Shown piece after piece: positions 33,771 through 37,163 of a stretch of 37,163 nt of DNA (positions are counted from its first letter, which is position 1; each line of letters opens with the position of its first letter). The position numbers were made by a program, and so were the translations under genes. The notes below the pieces were generated by a model. The model saw nothing but the letters and a program-made list of their open reading frames with translations. It did not search any database and was not told where the DNA came from. The DNA is from an uncultured Clostridia bacterium (GTDB lineage: Bacteria > Bacillota > Clostridia > Christensenellales > UBA1242). Where the stretch lies: positions 1 through 37,163 of the forward strand of contig CALWTO010000036.1 in the NCBI GenBank assembly GCA_944384485.1, read 5' to 3'.

Positions 33771-35726
33771 TTATTTGCTAATTTTTTTATTGATATTTTT
33801 AAGAATTTCTTTTGCTGAAAAACCTGCTTTCTTGTAAATTTCAAGACCGTTTCCACTACCTTGATAATCTCCAACTTTGACAAAAATATCATTTTCTCCT
33901 AAATACTTATACCAATAATTATCATTAGATGCTTCAATGACAACTTTCAAGCCTTTTCCGAGAACTTTTGCCTTATAATTTGCCGACTGCCTATCAAAAA
34001 GGTTTAAACTAGGCATTGAAACAACGGAAACATCAATTTTTTTAGACAATTCTTGATATATTTCATTCGCCAAAGCAACTTCCGTTCCTGACGCAACAAG
34101 GGTAACTTTTGGCTCTTTTTTTGTCGATGTTATTACATAACCACCTGCCAAAGTTTCGTTAAATTTACCTTCCACAGGTTGCATTTCGTTTCTTGATAAA
34201 ATAATTGCAACAGGCCCATTTTTATTTACAGCAAAAGAATAACATGCCAAAAGTTCTTTTGCATCACATGGTCTAAAAACAGTTAGACCCTCTATTGAAC
34301 GGAGTTGTGCAATTTGTTCAATTGGTTGGTGCGTTACACCATCTTCCCCCACATTAATGCTATCATGAGTAAACAAATAAATAACATTTAGTTTCATCAT
34401 TGCACTCAGCCTAATCGCAGGCAACATATAATTAGAAAAAGCAAGCATGGTTGAACAGAAAGGAATAAAATCTTCATATAAAGCTATACCATTGCAAATT
34501 CCTGCCATTGCGTGTTCTCTAACACCAAAATGAATATTTCTACCTCTTCTATTAGCGTAAGAAAAATAGCCACCATTTTCAATAAATGCTTTTGTAGAAT
34601 TTACAACATCTGCACAACCACCTACTATTTGCAAATATTTTTCAGCAATTTCATTTAAAATGATTTTATTTAAATCTCTGCCACTTTTATTTTCCCACTT
34701 GTAAACATTTCTAACCATTTTGTCAAAGTCTAATTTTTTTCTATCGAAAAAGTTTGTAAATTGCCTGTAAAGTTCAGGGTTGGAGTTTGCATAAATCGCA
34801 AGTTCTTGATTCCATTTTTCATGGTTAAGTCTCCCTTTTCTTGCAGTCGCCATACACCAATCTCTTACATCATTAGGGACAAAAAAGTTTTCGTAGACAC
34901 CAAGTTTGCTGTTAAAAGTTTTGAGTTCGTTTTCGCTTAAAACACCACTATGGACAGCAGATGTCCCTTCCTTATCTGTACCTATACCTATTGTTGTTTT
35001 AAAAATAACAAGACATGGCCTATCGGATTTTTTTGCTTTTCCTATCGCCCTTGAACAAGCCGTGTAATTATTTCCGTTTTTTACTAAAATAACTTTCCAA
35101 CCCATTGCTTTAAACTTTTTTGCAACGTTTTCACGATTTGACAAGTTAATACTGCCTTCCATGGTAACTTCATTTGAATCATAAAGCAAAATCAATTTGT
35201 TTAAATTTAAATTTCCTGCCAAAGAGCAAGCCTCTTGTGCTACTCCCTCCATCAAACATCCATCGCCAACAACGCAATAAGTATAATTGTTAATTATTGG
35301 AAATCCAACAGCATTAAATCTTTCAGCAAGCATCTCTTTCGCAATAGCCATACCGACAGCATTCGCAACACCTTGTCCCAAAGGTCCTGTAGTTGTTTCT
35401 ACTCCATCTGTGACTTTATATTCAGGATGACCGGGAGTTTTAGATCCCAAAACTCTCATTTCTTTCAAGTCTTGCAAACTCACATCAAAACCGAAAAAAT
35501 TCAACAAAGTGTAATAAACAGGACAAGCATGACCCGCAGAAAGAACAAGCCTATCTCTATTCAAAAAATCAGTATCAGAAACATCAAAGTTATAATGATT
35601 TTTAAATAATGCAAGCATAAAAGCACTCATTCCAAGCGAAGCCCCCAAATGTCCACTCTTTGCATTTGTAATAGTTTGTGCAGTGATAGATTTTAAATAA
35701 TTTAAAGTTTTTTCAGAAAGTTTCAT
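33771..35726 (-). CDS. tkt: Transketolase
   Basis: 651 aa with SGHLGASLGMS, GDGCLMEGV and GEDGVTHQPIEQ motifs. ATGA overlap with the upstream ORF. Confidence 0.95.
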   Translation of the reverse strand: MKLSEKTLNYLKSITAQTITNAKSGHLGASLGMSAFMLALFKNHYNFDVSDTDFLNRDRLVLSAGHACPVYYTLLNFFGFDVSLQDLKEMRVLGSKTPGHPEYKVTDGVETTTGPLGQGVANAVGMAIAKEMLAERFNAVGFPIINNYTYCVVGDGCLMEGVAQEACSLAGNLNLNKLILLYDSNEVTMEGSINLSNRENVAKKFKAMGWKVILVKNGNNYTACSRAIGKAKKSDRPCLVIFKTTIGIGTDKEGTSAVHSGVLSENELKTFNSKLGVYENFFVPNDVRDWCMATARKGRLNHEKWNQELAIYANSNPELYRQFTNFFDRKKLDFDKMVRNVYKWENKSGRDLNKIILNEIAEKYLQIVGGCADVVNSTKAFIENGGYFSYANRRGRNIHFGVREHAMAGICNGIALYEDFIPFCSTMLAFSNYMLPAIRLSAMMKLNVIYLFTHDSINVGEDGVTHQPIEQIAQLRSIEGLTVFRPCDAKELLACYSFAVNKNGPVAIILSRNEMQPVEGKFNETLAGGYVITSTKKEPKVTLVASGTEVALANEIYQELSKKIDVSVVSMPSLNLFDRQSANYKAKVLGKGLKVVIEASNDNYWYKYLGENDIFVKVGDYQGSGNGLEIYKKAGFSAKEILKNINKKISK

Positions 35727-36190
35727 AAAATTTCCCCCAAATTTTTAATTAAAGTTTTAACTGCTTTATGTTTATCGTTTTTTTTCAAATCTACAATAAT
35801 ATGTGAATTTTCTTTTAAAAACTCATCTCTAGAATTAAAAGAAATTCTATCAATAACGTTTAATTTTTTATCATCATCAATTCTTAAATAACAAATCGCA
35901 GAACTTTTAAATAATGTTAAATTGTGTTTAAAATAATCAAAATTGATTGTCAAAACACAATCACGAAAGTTGGCACACTCTTTTAATGCACTTTTTTCTT
36001 TTCTTTTCAAATAATCAAGACCCACTTTTTTTTTTTTTTTTTCTTTTTCTTGAATATAATAATTTACAATATCTCCACAATCAGTAAAATGCATTTGCAA
36101 TGTTTCTGCAAGTTCTTGCGAAACACTTTTGCAAAATTTATCATCCAACCCAACCAATAAAATGTTAATACAATTTTTAGGTGATTTCAT
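35723..36190 (-). CDS. Small P-loop-kinase-like (shikimate-kinase-like) protein with a degenerate Walker A
   Basis: 155 aa. NILLVGLDDKFCKSVSQELAETLQMHFTDCGDIV parallels shikimate kinase NIvLIGfMGsGKStvGr.LA..L...f.D.D, but GxxGxGKS is replaced by GLDDKFCKS. No obvious SD. Confidence 0.45.
   Translation of the reverse strand: MKSPKNCINILLVGLDDKFCKSVSQELAETLQMHFTDCGDIVNYYIQEKEKKKKKVGLDYLKRKEKSALKECANFRDCVLTINFDYFKHNLTLFKSSAICYLRIDDDKKLNVIDRISFNSRDEFLKENSHIIVDLKKNDKHKAVKTLIKNLGEIL
36026..36042 (-). repeat. Homopolymeric A17 tract (T17 on the plus strand) inside the coding sequence
   Basis: Counted directly as 17 consecutive T at 36026..36042. On the coding strand it encodes E-KKKKK. Confidence 0.95.
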
Positions 36191-36253
36191 AATTTAATAT
36201 TAGCATAAAATAAACATTTCTCAAACTTTTTAAAGCATTTTTGCAAAATAGAA

Positions 36254-37156
36254 TTAGTTCTTTTTCTTATTGACTTTTATTCCCCAAATTAAAATTAATA
36301 AAACGCCACAAACAGAAATTACAATTGTAAAATCAACGGAAGGAGAAATAATATAAAAAACATCTAATTCACCGTTTGTAATAGCCACAGCAAAACTACC
36401 ACTTTCGCTTGTGGTAACAATTTCACAATTAAAATTTTTAAGTAAATTTATAACATCACTATCTGGCAAATCGTATTGATTATCTTCCGAAACACTTATA
36501 CAAGCAATTATTGGAGTAGTTGCTTTCAAAAATTCTTCACCAGTTGCACTTTTTGAGCCATGATGTGAAACTTTTAAAACATCAATATCAAGTTCAGCGT
36601 AAAAATTATCAATCATTTCATTTTCAGCTTCACTTTCACAATCACCAGTGAAAAGGAAACTTTTGCCCTCATATTCAATTTTAATAACAGCACTATAATT
36701 GTTTGAAGAAGAATAACTATCTTTACTCGGAGATAAGAACTTAATATTTGCTCCACCCTCACTAAATTCTATTCCACTTTCAGAAAAAGTCATTTCAATG
36801 CCTTTATTGAAAATACTTGAAATTGCATCGTCGTAAATGTTGGTATCTACAATTTCATAATCAAGTTCCGGATACAAACCAATTTCACTTTTTGAAAAAC
36901 ATTTAGGTCTATAAACAATCCCAACATTAAAATTGTTTACAACTTCACTTGTCCCACCAACGTGGTCAGCATCAGCATGAGTTAACACCAGGTAATCAAT
37001 TGAATTCAAATCATGGAAATTTAAAAATCCATTTAAATATGATATCAAATTGTCGCTTTCATAATTTTCACCTGTATCAATAAGCATTAGTTTATCATTT
37101 GGAAAACGGATTAAAGTTGCATCGCCTTGCCCAACATCTATAAAATGGACTTCCAT
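36254..37156 (-). CDS. ComEC/Rec2-type metallo-beta-lactamase domain protein with a C-terminal TM anchor (possibly 5'-truncated by the window edge)
   Basis: Motifs are VHFIDVGQGDATLI, HADADHVGG and VSHHGS, with C-terminal TM VISVCGVLLILIWGI. The frame stays open upstream of the first ATG to the window end. Confidence 0.75.
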   Translation of the reverse strand: MEVHFIDVGQGDATLIRFPNDKLMLIDTGENYESDNLISYLNGFLNFHDLNSIDYLVLTHADADHVGGTSEVVNNFNVGIVYRPKCFSKSEIGLYPELDYEIVDTNIYDDAISSIFNKGIEMTFSESGIEFSEGGANIKFLSPSKDSYSSSNNYSAVIKIEYEGKSFLFTGDCESEAENEMIDNFYAELDIDVLKVSHHGSKSATGEEFLKATTPIIACISVSEDNQYDLPDSDVINLLKNFNCEIVTTSESGSFAVAITNGELDVFYIISPSVDFTIVISVCGVLLILIWGIKVNKKKN

Positions 37157-37163
37157 TTCACTT

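Noticed and set aside
7218-34070. Scattered Spo0A-box-like heptamers (TGNCGAA), for example in recD2, the lipoprotein gene, the GLUG gene and tkt
   Set aside because: A heptamer with one degenerate position is expected several times by chance on two strands of 37 kb, and most copies are inside coding regions. Only the intergenic TGTCGAA at 33723 is kept, as a minor note.
1-37163. Alternative genetic code (TGA = Trp, as in Mycoplasma), prompted by the very low GC
   Set aside because: All large conserved ORFs are intact under the standard code. TGA also serves as the stop in two ATGA overlaps (35723..35726 and 23248..23251).
1-37163. CRISPR arrays, IS elements, integrases, or canonical defence systems (RM, CBASS, Gabija, retron and others)
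   Set aside because: I found no regularly spaced direct repeats, terminal inverted repeats, transposase or recombinase-like ORFs, or reverse transcriptase or cyclase signatures. The only SMC-like ATPase/nuclease pair fits the conserved YhaO/YhaN repair type better than a known defence system.

Overview
A 37.2-kb, very AT-rich window (judged by eye, not computed) from a low-GC Bacillota/Mycoplasmatota-like chromosome. It uses the standard code: TGA acts as a stop in two ATGA gene overlaps, and the long ORFs are intact. Coding density is high and the content is mostly core housekeeping. This includes valS, cysS behind a MarR-family gene, a short alaS, truA, tkt and pyruvate:ferredoxin oxidoreductase. 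It also includes recD2-comFC, a ComEC-type MBL domain gene, a DegV gene, a YhaO/YhaN (SbcEF)-like nuclease/ATPase pair and five tRNAs (Glu, Leu-CAA, Gly, Cys, Leu-UAA) with recognisable promoters and terminators. I saw no CRISPR array, integrase, transposase, rRNA or canonical defence system. Several things are not explained by ordinary housekeeping. (1) The segment at about 15.6-20.0 kb holds an orphan but apparently intact phage large-terminase gene. It also holds a tandem-SH3b membrane protein, a regulator with a sigma region-4-like HTH and a stand-alone Spo0A C-terminal-domain protein, all around tRNA-Leu(CAA), with no other virion or integration genes. (2) A tight operon encodes a GPH/MFS permease plus two lipoproteins, one an NMT1/THI5-type solute-binding protein, with no ABC partner genes. 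(3) An A17 homopolymer lies inside a degenerate P-loop kinase-like ORF that is translationally coupled to tkt. (4) The SMC/Rad50-like ATPase carries a membrane hairpin at the centre of its coiled coil. (5) AlaRS lacks the C-Ala domain. (6) There are two unusual expression signals: a candidate leaderless truA and an SD-sequestering hairpin. All family assignments come from motif recognition by eye and need HMM or structure confirmation.
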